From positions 1 to 64,000 of the IMG/VR virus record IMGVR_UViG_3300035425_000025: a DNA stretch of 64,000 nt. One strand, written 5' to 3'. Source of the DNA: a virus (taxonomy: Duplodnaviria; Caudoviricetes). Both the position numbers and the translations under genes were made by a program. Shown here piece after piece: positions 28,924 through 37,359 of the stretch; position 1 is the first letter of the stretch; every line of letters starts with the position of its first letter. The notes under the pieces were generated by a model. The model saw only the letters and a list, made by a program, of their open reading frames with translations. It had not been told where the DNA came from and ran no database searches.

Positions 28924-29011
28924 CTATACATAAGTTAAAGATAAAACAAAGCACCAAAACAAAGAAGTATATAGCAGCACACAACCACAAAACGAAAGGC
29001 AGGTACACAAC

Positions 29012-29272
29012 ATGAAATTATATGAATGCATAGTAGATGATGGGCAAAACGTATTCAAGACCTTGACAGCTTCTAAAAGTAAAAAAGAACTTCTTTCAGT
29101 TTATGGCGGTAATGGTTCTTTTGAAAAAATTACCGATGTAACAAAAGATTATTTTACCAATGAATCCTCTGATAAATTAGTTTCTGATTTACAAAAATGT
29201 GGTTGGGGTAAAGGTGAAGTTGAATTAATAAGGGCATTATTAGAAGAACATATAGACAAATTAAATAAATAA
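29012..29272 (+). CDS. First early hypothetical protein
   Basis: 86 aa, AGGCAGGT RBS downstream of the promoter. Confidence 0.75.
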   Translation: MKLYECIVDDGQNVFKTLTASKSKKELLSVYGGNGSFEKITDVTKDYFTNESSDKLVSDLQKCGWGKGEVELIRALLEEHIDKLNK

Positions 29273-29332
29273 ATCCCCTGAAGAGTCTTTGAAAATTAAG
29301 ACGAAACTACCCAAAACAAGGGTAGTCGGGAT
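29273..29332 (+). ncRNA. Hammerhead ribozyme, type I
   Basis: ATCCC-CTGAAGA-GTCTT(loop)AAGAC-GAAA-CTACCC(loop)GGGTAG-TC-GGGAT: complete core and three stems; predicted GUC cleavage after 29327. Confidence 0.9.
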
Positions 29333-29448
29333 AGCAATACAACCCAAACAAGCACCTTGATAATTGAATAGACTTTGCACCTAAGTTGTGATATACTTAT
29401 TCTGTAGCAATACAAAGCACAATCACAACATAGAAAGTAGGTGATTAT

Positions 29449-29640
29449 ATGCCAACAAGTATAGAAGTAGCAAAACAAGCACTTGACGATTTTGCAAAGA
29501 TACAAAGACATATGTTAATTGCAAAAGAAGAGGGGGCAACAAAGACTTATGCAAGTCTTAAAAAAGAATATCTGACAATAAAAGCATTACTTAATGTTTC
29601 TGGTGTAAATCTTACAGATATTGATGAAATAAAAGAATAA
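29449..29640 (+). CDS. 63-aa hypothetical protein
   Basis: TAGACT-17-TATACT promoter, AGGTGA RBS, downstream terminator. Confidence 0.8.
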   Translation: MPTSIEVAKQALDDFAKIQRHMLIAKEEGATKTYASLKKEYLTIKALLNVSGVNLTDIDEIKE

Positions 29641-29659
29641 TAACGAAACATATCGCAAT

Positions 29660-29706
29660 CAAAAGGTGTAAAGTCTATTGAACTATTAAGGCTTTACACC
29701 TTTTTA
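29660..29706 (+). terminator. Intrinsic terminator
   Basis: AAAAGGTGTAAAG/CTTTACACCTTTT. Confidence 0.75.
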
Positions 29707-29773
29707 ATGTAGAAATAATCTGGTATAATGAAATAATCTAAATCAGTATATCAGGTTATAGGAAGGTGATCAC

Positions 29774-29986
29774 ATGGCAATAAAAACAAATAAAGAGTTA
29801 TCACAGGCAATAGAAGAGATAATAGAAAATAATGGTATTAAAAAAATATGGTTATCTGAAAAGGTGGGTATAGCTAATCAAAATCTAAATAGATTACTTT
29901 CTAAAAAAAGTTTATCACTTGACGATGCTAACAAAATTCTAAAGGCACTTGGATATCATGCAGAAATAATAATCGAAAAAGATTAA
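29774..29986 (+). CDS. XRE-family HTH regulator
   Basis: WLSEKVGIANQNLNRLLSKK..SLDDANKIL.ALG. Confidence 0.85.
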   Translation: MAIKTNKELSQAIEEIIENNGIKKIWLSEKVGIANQNLNRLLSKKSLSLDDANKILKALGYHAEIIIEKD

Positions 29987-30004
29987 AAAAATTATCAAAA
30001 GTGA

Positions 30005-30033
30005 TTGACAAGTAAAGGCAAATAGTCTATAAT
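30005..30033 (+). promoter_or_regulatory. Perfect sigma-A promoter
   Basis: TTGACA-17 nt-TATAAT. Confidence 0.85.
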
Positions 30034-30039
30034 AATACT

Positions 30040-31025
30040 TGTAAGGAACACAAGGGAAATCAAAAATCGGTATCACGGCAGCATCAATAAGTCCAGGAGC
30101 GATAAAAGAAAAATCCCCGTTCCAAACGAAACAGGGAAATTTCGGAAAAGCGTATAAAACACTTTTACCCTAGACAAGTAAAGTGTAACGCATTTCTGAT
30201 AATCTGTCAATCGGCAGATATTTCCCAAAACAAAGTAACTATTAACGTCCTGTAAAGTGGAGTGCTAACAGGATCGTAACTAAGGCAAAGCAACAAGAGA
30301 TTGCAAACGAGGTTAGAGAAAAGATAATTGATCATCTAATCATCCCAATAGGGAAAACGTGAAAAGAGATACCAGCGTAAAAATGGACTATGGTTCCGGC
30401 CATCTGACTACATCGTGGAAAACAGGGGATACAAACCTGTTTAGACGTAGCAGCGAATGCCATCGCAAACCGGAAAAACTACATTATGTGTCTGAAAATG
30501 ACAAGAGTTTGTCAAGTGCTGATTCTGAACTTGTGATCTGTGATAGCGTGGTGCTAGTAGCGGAAGTGAGAGACAGTGACTTTCACATTGGAATTAGCAT
30601 ATGTCTGTATCTTAGCGGTGCAGTAGGTAGGGACACGGTGAAAAAGGGCGTATGATAAACCATTAAATAGACAGTTATTGTAAACCATGGAAAGAGCCGA
30701 GTATAAAAGAATCGGTGATTATCGGTGCAGATAATTAATTTTAGAACGGATAAAACCTTAGAGAGTGTCAAGTAACAATGGCACTCTCTTCATTATTAAA
30801 AGCGGTCAACTGCTTTTCAAAAAGGAATGTGATGTTCAAGCGAAAAATAAGAAGCAACAAAAGCAATACATAGTTTTATTATTTACCATACCCATAAAAA
30901 CAGAATCAAACGTGAGGCGGTGCGGAAAGCTGGTAAACCAACGGGTAACAACCGGGACATAGCCATTAAAGCCGGAAGCATTTAGCCATATCCCTTGAAA
31001 AGTCTCTTTTGTGGGCATGGATAAG
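30040..31025 (+). ncRNA. Candidate large ornate ncRNA (about 1 kb)
   Basis: Follows a consensus promoter, no convincing CDS, more than 15 hairpins and domain-closing pairs (GGGAAAT/ATTTCCC, TCCGG/CCGGA, TGCTGATTC/GAATTAGCA). Confidence 0.6.
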
Positions 31026-31094
31026 TAATAAAAAGGTTTTAAATGATTCAATAATCTGTTATAATTAGAATATCAATAGAAAAGTTGGTGTAAA

Positions 31095-31409
31095 ATGATA
31101 ACGATAGAACAGTTAAAGGCAATAAATAAACCTGAAAACATAGCAGTAACAGAACATGCTAGAATCCGTCTTTATGAACGAAATATTAGCATTGATGATA
31201 TTGTAAATGGTATAAATACAGGCGAAATTATAAAACAGTATCCAGACGATAAACCACTAGCAAGTTGTTTGGTATTGGGATTTTCTGTTAAATCACAGTA
31301 TATTCATATAGTAGTAAGTTGTGATACAGATTTTATATATCTTATAACTGCATATTTTCCCGATCCTGATATGTGGGAAAGTGATTTTAAGACAAGAAAG
31401 GGGCGTTAA
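31095..31409 (+). CDS. DUF4258 (RelE-like) toxin
   Basis: TEHARIRLYERNI...GEIIKQYPDDKP..SCLVLG...IHIVV...ITAY.PD..W. Confidence 0.8.
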   Translation: MITIEQLKAINKPENIAVTEHARIRLYERNISIDDIVNGINTGEIIKQYPDDKPLASCLVLGFSVKSQYIHIVVSCDTDFIYLITAYFPDPDMWESDFKTRKGR

Positions 31410-31411
31410 TT

Positions 31412-31639
31412 ATGGTATGTATGGAATGCGGAGCAAAAGCCGAAAAGGGATATACAACAAGCGTAACAGATTTAGGGAACCGCCTTTTAATCGTGCGGAA
31501 TGTCCCTTGTTATAAGTGTACAGAATGTAATGAGGTTATCTATACAGGGGATGTTATTAAAAGATTGGAGCAGATCACAGAACAGGCGAAACAATTTACA
31601 CAGGAAATTTCTATTGTAAATTATAGTAGTGCTGCATGA
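31412..31639 (+). CDS. YgiT/MqsA-type zinc-finger antitoxin
   Basis: CMECG...VRNVPCYKCTECNE. Confidence 0.8.
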   Translation: MVCMECGAKAEKGYTTSVTDLGNRLLIVRNVPCYKCTECNEVIYTGDVIKRLEQITEQAKQFTQEISIVNYSSAA

Positions 31640-31746
31640 TGGGATTGTAAGGAAATAAGTATGGACAGTATAAAAGGATTGGTTTTTCCAGTCCTTTTTG
31701 TTTTGAAAATAAATAATAAAAAGCATTAAAAATATAAAAATAGTGC

Positions 31747-31775
31747 TTGACAATGCACTGTTAATACACTATAAT
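31747..31775 (+). promoter_or_regulatory. Perfect sigma-A promoter with AGTGC/GCACT operator
   Basis: TTGACA-17-TATAAT. Confidence 0.8.
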
Positions 31776-31799
31776 AGAAAATGTAAGGAGGGTTAGCGA

Positions 31800-31955
31800 A
31801 TGGCAAAACCGAAACAGAATACCCAACGGTTAGTCGTTTATATATCTCCTGAGTTAGAAAAATCATTGCAAGATGAAGCCGAAAAGAAAGGCACTAATGT
31901 TTCAAATCTAGTAAGGATGATTTTAACAAAAAGAGAAGAAAAAAAGGCTAACTAA
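31800..31955 (+). CDS. CopG/RHH regulator (51 aa)
   Basis: AAGGAGG RBS; RLVVYISPEL...L...AEKKG.NVSNLVRMIL. Confidence 0.8.
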   Translation: MAKPKQNTQRLVVYISPELEKSLQDEAEKKGTNVSNLVRMILTKREEKKAN

Positions 31956-32109
31956 ATGTGGAAGCTGTCAACGACCGCAAATCATAGAACAGCTCCCACG
32001 CAACCGCCAAACGCTGCAAACGTAGGCTTTAAACCTACTCACGATTGGACAATCTTATTATATCAGTTCTTTCAAGATTATTCAATCAAAAATCCACTTT
32101 ACAGATTGA

Positions 32110-32345
32110 ACCTTGACAATTTCATAGGTAATGCGTAAAGCATCAAGATCACTTGCCTAAAAGAAGTGGTTAAGGTAGTTGCAGACTTTCCGAAACAACC
32201 GGAGAAGCAACAGAGCATTAACAGGCTGCTGAGACTCCCTATAATGGAAAGAAGTGGGAATAACTGTTAAAGTCTCTACAAGAAAATGAGACTAAATAAA
32301 CACATATTGATATTAAGGGCTTGCATCCGTCAAAAGTTGCAAGCT
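32110..32345 (+). ncRNA. Candidate structured RNA or leader
   Basis: Run of about 7 hairpins, e.g. TTAACAG/CTGTTAA, AGTCTC/GAGACT, GCTTGCA/TGCAAGC. Confidence 0.4.
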
Positions 32346-32380
32346 CATTTCAAGAAAATGGAGAAAGTGAGGATGATAGT

Positions 32381-32674
32381 ATGGCGAGAAAATCAGCGTG
32401 GGATAAATTCTTTGATGATACAGAAGACATCCAATGTATTTCTTGTTTGGATGCTTATGTATTGAAATATTTCATTGATAATTGCTGTGTACAAATAGAC
32501 AGACATTCAAGTGATAAGGATAGCAAATTTACGCTTAGTATAAGAGGATATGACGAAGAAAATAAGAAAGATTTATATGAAAGTGATTTCAGTAGGGAAT
32601 GGAAAGAAAGGAATGTTTACAATCAGGCATTAGTTAAGAAGTTTGTAAGCGGATATTTCTTTTATTTGCAATAA
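32381..32674 (+). CDS. Hypothetical protein
   Basis: GAGGA RBS before MARKSAWDKFF. Confidence 0.7.
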   Translation: MARKSAWDKFFDDTEDIQCISCLDAYVLKYFIDNCCVQIDRHSSDKDSKFTLSIRGYDEENKKDLYESDFSREWKERNVYNQALVKKFVSGYFFYLQ

Positions 32675-32702
32675 AACAATTATTTGAAAGGAGAATAAAA
32701 AA

Positions 32703-32996
32703 ATGACTAAAAAAGAAGTAAAACAATTATTGCCATTTAACACGATAACAAAATGTGAAAAAGAATACCACAGGCTTGTGAAAGAAAGTCTCAATTTTGG
32801 TGGATTTGATGCGAAATCATATGAGACACTTATATCTTGTGTAATATGCATATATTCAAGTTTGAAAAATGACAGTGTGGCACAACTAGAAAAGTTCTTT
32901 GCCGGTAAGGAAAGCAGAAGAAAAAGTTATTATGCTTGTTTATTTGCAAGTGAAGAAGACAAAAGAAAAGCGATAAAAGAATTATTATTTGTTTAG
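32703..32996 (+). CDS. Hypothetical protein
   Basis: 97 aa, AAAGGAG RBS. Confidence 0.7.
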   Translation: MTKKEVKQLLPFNTITKCEKEYHRLVKESLNFGGFDAKSYETLISCVICIYSSLKNDSVAQLEKFFAGKESRRKSYYACLFASEEDKRKAIKELLFV

Positions 32997-33055
32997 GGAA
33001 TAACGCAATGAAAGGGATATTTAAAGGCAGATGGAAAATAAAACCGTCTGCCTTA

Positions 33056-33130
33056 CTTGTTATAATGCAGCCTGAAAGCCTGATCAACTTTCAGACAGTC
33101 CACAGTCTGTAAAATGCAGATGGTAACAAG
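33056..33130 (+). ncRNA. Twister ribozyme, type P1
   Basis: P1 CTTGTTA/TAACAAG, T^AA, P2 TGC/GCA, AGC, P3, P4 ACAG/CTGT with loop TCCACAGT; T1 pseudoknot CA/TG; one conserved loop A is a C. Confidence 0.75.
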
Positions 33131-33185
33131 AAAATAATAGAGAAATAGTTATTGCTACATAGACAATCAAAGAAAGGTTAAAACG

Positions 33186-33725
33186 GTGGAAATTATGTTA
33201 AGAATCTATTTAACAAACTTAGGCAAGTACAATGAAGGTCAGTTAATCGGTGAATGGGTAGAATTTCCATGTACAGATGATGAACTGGAAGAAGCTAAAG
33301 AAAGAATCGGGATCAGCGATGAACCAGACGAAAACGGAAACTATTATGAAGAGTGGTTTATTACAGATTATGAAACCGACATTCACGGCTTGACAGTTGG
33401 CGAGTATGACAATTTAGACGAATTAAACGAACTTGCGGAAACTTTAGACGATCTGGACGAGTACGAGCGAGAAATTGTAGAAGCTATGATTTCTGAAGGT
33501 TATTCTTTAGAAGACGCAATCAACAAAAAAGAAGATTGTATGATTTATTATAACTGTGAAGATATGGAAGACGTGGCAAGAGAATATGTAGAGGAAACAG
33601 GACTTCTTGATAGTATTCCAGAAAATCTGCAAAGTTATTTTGATTTTGAGGCATATGGGCGCGATATGAGTTTTGAAGGACATTTTGTATTTACTAATAA
33701 AGGAAATTGTGTGCAGATTTTATGA
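33186..33725 (+). CDS. ardA: ArdA antirestriction protein
   Basis: IYLTNLGKYNEG.L.GEW, EEWFITDYE, YFDFEAYGRD; highly acidic. Confidence 0.92.
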   Translation: MEIMLRIYLTNLGKYNEGQLIGEWVEFPCTDDELEEAKERIGISDEPDENGNYYEEWFITDYETDIHGLTVGEYDNLDELNELAETLDDLDEYEREIVEAMISEGYSLEDAINKKEDCMIYYNCEDMEDVAREYVEETGLLDSIPENLQSYFDFEAYGRDMSFEGHFVFTNKGNCVQIL

Positions 33726-33765
33726 TCTGTACACAATGAAATTGTAATTTGAAGGGAGAAAATGC

Positions 33766-33969
33766 ATGAACACAATACCACGATACATGAAAGAATATGC
33801 CAATGCACAGCGGAAAAGTTATGTAGATAATGAATTGATGCAGAAAAAGTATAAAGATGCAGCCGTGGAAATTATAGAGCGTATTTTGAAAAATACAGAA
33901 CATGGATTGATTACAATTAATGAAGGAATGAAAGCGTTATGTGATCCAATTGATGGAATAGTTTTGTAG
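33766..33969 (+). CDS. Hypothetical protein
   Basis: 67 aa, GGGAG RBS. Confidence 0.7.
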   Translation: MNTIPRYMKEYANAQRKSYVDNELMQKKYKDAAVEIIERILKNTEHGLITINEGMKALCDPIDGIVL

Positions 33970-34057
33970 GCAGTTAGAACGGCTATGGAGAATATAAGGC
34001 TATAGCCGTTTTATAGTGCTTATAAAGGCAAATAAAGTATTGTAAGGAGTAAAAGCA

Positions 34058-34483
34058 ATGAATGATATTAGGCTTAGTTATAAAATGGCTCTAAAACTTG
34101 AAATGTATATGGAGAAAGAGATTGAAGAAATTGCTCAGGATTTTCAGAGTCTATCATGGAATTACAATGAAACATACGAGTATAAAAAAGATATGAAGGC
34201 AGGTAAAAGATCTTTTCATACTGACTATGGAATTGATAAAACATCTTATGATGACAGAGTAAAAAATTTAAGAATCCGTCAATATGAATTGTATCTTGAA
34301 TTGGAAAATTTAATAAAAGATTGTAAAGAACAGAATGACGGAAAGCCATATCTTCCATATAGTATGCATTTAAAAAGGCAATTAATTTGTATCAATCCAT
34401 CTTATGATAATGTAGCTGAGGAATTAAGAAGATTAAAAGGAACGGAGGAAAATCATGATGATAACATACAGTGGTGGATCTGA
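34058..34483 (+). CDS. Hypothetical protein
   Basis: 141 aa, AAGGAG RBS. Confidence 0.7.
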   Translation: MNDIRLSYKMALKLEMYMEKEIEEIAQDFQSLSWNYNETYEYKKDMKAGKRSFHTDYGIDKTSYDDRVKNLRIRQYELYLELENLIKDCKEQNDGKPYLPYSMHLKRQLICINPSYDNVAEELRRLKGTEENHDDNIQWWI

Positions 34484-34631
34484 AGCAATCGAAACAGTTT
34501 ACACATATGAAGAATGGCTTAAAGAATACAACCGCCAAGAAACGAAACGGAGAATTAGACAGAGGACAGAACATCTATATTATATAAAACAACGTCTATC
34601 TGGCACTATCATGGCAGCGATTGGAGGTTGA
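34455..34631 (+). CDS. 58-aa hypothetical protein
   Basis: GGAGG RBS, MMITYSGGSEAIET...; below the ORF-track cutoff. Confidence 0.55.
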   Translation: MMITYSGGSEAIETVYTYEEWLKEYNRQETKRRIRQRTEHLYYIKQRLSGTIMAAIGG

Positions 34632-34634
34632 AGA

Positions 34635-34823
34635 ATGGAAAATATTATAAACAAAATGTTAGAGCGTATCAATTTTAAAATCAGATATGCACAGGAAAAT
34701 TTTACAGAGTGGAACGCTGCACACGATAGACGGATGGCAGAAATTGACGGTATGATTGATATGTTATCAATAGTTACTGGTAAAGAATATGTTATCACAG
34801 AAAATGGACTGGAAGAAAGATGA
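34635..34823 (+). CDS. Hypothetical protein
   Basis: 62 aa, GGAGGT RBS. Confidence 0.7.
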   Translation: MENIINKMLERINFKIRYAQENFTEWNAAHDRRMAEIDGMIDMLSIVTGKEYVITENGLEER

Positions 34824-34826
34824 AAA

Positions 34827-35024
34827 TTGAGGTTAAAAATGAAAAAATACGGATTCAAAAAATTAAATAATGGATGGCGTTTTAAAATTGGTGGGACTTC
34901 TGGGGAACCGTTTGGAATTACACTAAGATATTTTAATAAATGTGGCTTCCGGCTTCTTATAAATTTCAATACGGATTTTCTTATAAATCTTTTTGGATTC
35001 AATCAAAAAATCATTGGCGTTTAA
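34827..35024 (+). CDS. Hypothetical protein
   Basis: GAGGT RBS before the internal ATG (MKKYGFK). Confidence 0.55.
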   Translation: MRLKMKKYGFKKLNNGWRFKIGGTSGEPFGITLRYFNKCGFRLLINFNTDFLINLFGFNQKIIGV

Positions 35025-35205
35025 ATCGCATACAAGCCCATTTAAAGCCTTAAATCAGTGCATATACAAATATGTATGTGCGTTGCATTAAGTCCTTAAA
35101 TAAGGCAAATAAACAGTATAGAAAGAGAAGTATAGAGCAAGCGACAAGTGGAAATGTTGCTTGCTTTTATTATTTGTAAAATCAAATAGAATGGAGGAAA
35201 ATTTT

Positions 35206-35850
35206 ATGCGTACAGTAACAGAAATTTATAATGTATATACTTATCCTGAGTTGTCAGAAGAAGCAAAAGAAAAAGTAAATCAGTGGTATCTTGATGATCC
35301 GTGCAGAAATGACGAATTTTTGGAAATTTACACAGAGGATTTACACAATATTTTTTCTAACAGCAACTTAAAGATGCAATATTCTTTAGGATATTGTCAG
35401 GGAGACGGTGTAAACATTTATGGAGAACTTGATTTGATGGACGTATTCAAGGCAATCCGTGACAAGTCATATTGTGGGGAAACATTCAAAGATTTTTGGG
35501 ACGCTATGACAGAACATGAGCAGAAAGCCATAGAGGCATACATGGAAGTTTGCGGAAGAAGTGTTGCATTGCCTTACAATGACGGACATTACAATTATTG
35601 TGTGTCTGATAAGACGGATTTTGCAGAAGAATGGATAGAAGAATTAGAGTATCAGCAATATAAAAATATCCAGGTTGATACAATTCGTAAAATGGAAAAA
35701 TTAGTTGCTGATATATTTGTAATGCTTGCTAAACAGTATGAAGAATATGGTTACAAGTATTTCTATGAAGTGGACGATGAAGAGATAACAGAAACTTGCG
35801 AAGCTAATGGATGGGAGTTTCTGGAGGACGGAACATTTTACGCAGCATGA
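35206..35850 (+). CDS. Acidic early phage protein (YTY.ELSEEAKEK family)
   Basis: GGAGG RBS before ATG 35206; acidic; function unknown. Confidence 0.7.
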   Translation: MRTVTEIYNVYTYPELSEEAKEKVNQWYLDDPCRNDEFLEIYTEDLHNIFSNSNLKMQYSLGYCQGDGVNIYGELDLMDVFKAIRDKSYCGETFKDFWDAMTEHEQKAIEAYMEVCGRSVALPYNDGHYNYCVSDKTDFAEEWIEELEYQQYKNIQVDTIRKMEKLVADIFVMLAKQYEEYGYKYFYEVDDEEITETCEANGWEFLEDGTFYAA

Positions 35851-35862
35851 GGAGGGCAAGAC

Positions 35863-36093
35863 ATGAGTACAAACGACTACATAAGGCAATCAGCACAAAA
35901 ATATCATTGGCACAAATATTATTCTGTTATGCGCCCTGTAAGCATCGGAACACACCCTAAAAATGGCATGATGGATTTTATCAACTATGACACCAGAACG
36001 GAAGTAAACGGGCATATGGTATGGGCTGAGTTGTACTATAGCAGGGAATTAACACAGAAGGAAATGGAAGATTTTGAGATGGAGAAAGGATAG
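35863..36093 (+). CDS. DarA C-terminal-like (defence-against-restriction) domain protein
   Basis: YYS..RPVSIGT.PK.G...F.NYD.R...WAEL.Y.RELT..E..DFE. Confidence 0.65.
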   Translation: MSTNDYIRQSAQKYHWHKYYSVMRPVSIGTHPKNGMMDFINYDTRTEVNGHMVWAELYYSRELTQKEMEDFEMEKG

Positions 36094-36102
36094 GGAGTAA
36101 AT

Positions 36103-36279
36103 ATGAAAGCGGACATTTTTAGACATGGAATAAATTGGTTTATTGAATTTTATAACGAAAACGGCAATCATATGGAACATTGTGGAGAATGTATTTCAGG
36201 ATTTAATGACAATCCTTTAAAAAGAGCCGTTGAACGTGCAAAATGGTGGAATTGCAAGAGTATTTGTATAGTATTTTAA
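36103..36279 (+). CDS. 58-aa hypothetical protein
   Basis: GGGAG RBS, MKADIFRHGINWFIEFY... Confidence 0.6.
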   Translation: MKADIFRHGINWFIEFYNENGNHMEHCGECISGFNDNPLKRAVERAKWWNCKSICIVF

Positions 36280-36315
36280 GGCGATGAAAGAATCATTTGG
36301 TCAGGAGGGAATGCG

Positions 36316-36558
36316 ATGGAAACAAAAATAAAAGTATTGCATGATGATTATGGACACACAGCGACAATTTGTGAAAGAATGGCGCTGATGCATAAAGGGG
36401 ACGTAGAAAGAAGGAAAGTTTATATATTATCATTAACAGCGGATTATGATAATGATTTTATGTATTTTAAATCAGAATTTAGAAGTATGGATGCATTAAA
36501 TGCAAAATTGAAGACTACAAGGGTAAAGTGGAAAGAAGAAGTAGCCAAAGGAGATTAA
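36316..36558 (+). CDS. Hypothetical protein
   Basis: 80 aa, AGGAGG RBS. Confidence 0.7.
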   Translation: METKIKVLHDDYGHTATICERMALMHKGDVERRKVYILSLTADYDNDFMYFKSEFRSMDALNAKLKTTRVKWKEEVAKGD

Positions 36559-36560
36559 TT

Positions 36561-36842
36561 ATGGAAATGATAAATGAAATTATTGAAAAATGTAATAATT
36601 TATGTGGAAATGAAAAATTGAGAGTAGAAGATTTTGGAAAGAATAAAGATTTAACTTTATATATACAAAAAGATTGTGACTACAATCCAGAAATTGATAA
36701 AGATAAATGGAACATTGTCAGTATTACAACGGTGCAAAATTACACATATGTTGATGATACAGAAGATATATATGTTAATGATGGCTCTTTGTACAAAGAA
36801 CTAGAAAGAATATATAACTATAAAGATTTTGAACTTTTATAA
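36561..36842 (+). CDS. Hypothetical protein
   Basis: AAGGAG RBS before MEMINE. Confidence 0.7.
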   Translation: MEMINEIIEKCNNLCGNEKLRVEDFGKNKDLTLYIQKDCDYNPEIDKDKWNIVSITTVQNYTYVDDTEDIYVNDGSLYKELERIYNYKDFELL

Positions 36843-36859
36843 ATGGAGATGGAAAAACT

Positions 36860-37093
36860 ATGTGGAAAAATCAATATTGGGATAATGAAGGCGAATTGTT
36901 TAGAGATTTAGACAGAGAGGATGATGGAACACCAATTGAAGAAATGGGAAGGTATGAAATTGTATTTGATTTTTCAGAACAGAGGTATTATTGCTTTGTA
37001 AATGCAATTAATATGGAAGAGGCTTTAGGTATCTTCTTCGCGAACCATGATAATGTAATGTATAAACATATTATAGAACACATAGAAATTTAG
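36860..37093 (+). CDS. Hypothetical protein
   Basis: 77 aa, acidic. Confidence 0.7.
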   Translation: MWKNQYWDNEGELFRDLDREDDGTPIEEMGRYEIVFDFSEQRYYCFVNAINMEEALGIFFANHDNVMYKHIIEHIEI

Positions 37094-37135
37094 GCATGAA
37101 AACATATTTGATTAGGAAGGAATCATGTTAGTATA

Positions 37136-37327
37136 ATGAAAGCAATAATTAAAGAAACTCAAAATGGCTTTATAGAAGAAACAGTGATTGAAGATGTTTG
37201 TATAGTAGAACATGGGTATTCATATGGAATAAATGGTAATTATGAATACTTAGAATTATGGAAAAATTCTGTTAGACCATATGTAAGAGTAAAATTGAAT
37301 GGGAAAACAGAAATAATACTTAAATAA
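37136..37327 (+). CDS. Hypothetical protein
   Basis: 63 aa. Confidence 0.6.
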   Translation: MKAIIKETQNGFIEETVIEDVCIVEHGYSYGINGNYEYLELWKNSVRPYVRVKLNGKTEIILK

Positions 37328-37359
37328 AGGATCGCTTTATCAAAGAGAGGGAAACGATT

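Noticed and set aside
30359-30655. 98-aa ORF inside the large ncRNA candidate
   Set aside because: Weak RBS, atypical composition, coincides with dense pairing; treated as incidental but not formally excluded
30690-30960. Group II intron (GAGCCG and GTGCG-like words)
   Set aside because: No domain V helix with AGC triad and bulge, no interrupted host gene, no RT
32270-32345. Pistol ribozyme
   Set aside because: P1 and AAATA linker are present, but the pseudoknot is mismatched and the P2/P3/GU cleavage site cannot be built
34821-34837. TGAAA-ATTGAG-GTTAA as a cassette site (also 26468, 37097, 39912, 49558)
   Set aside because: Too degenerate, wrongly spaced, half-site only, or (26468) not at a clear gene junction; expected by chance in AT-rich DNA
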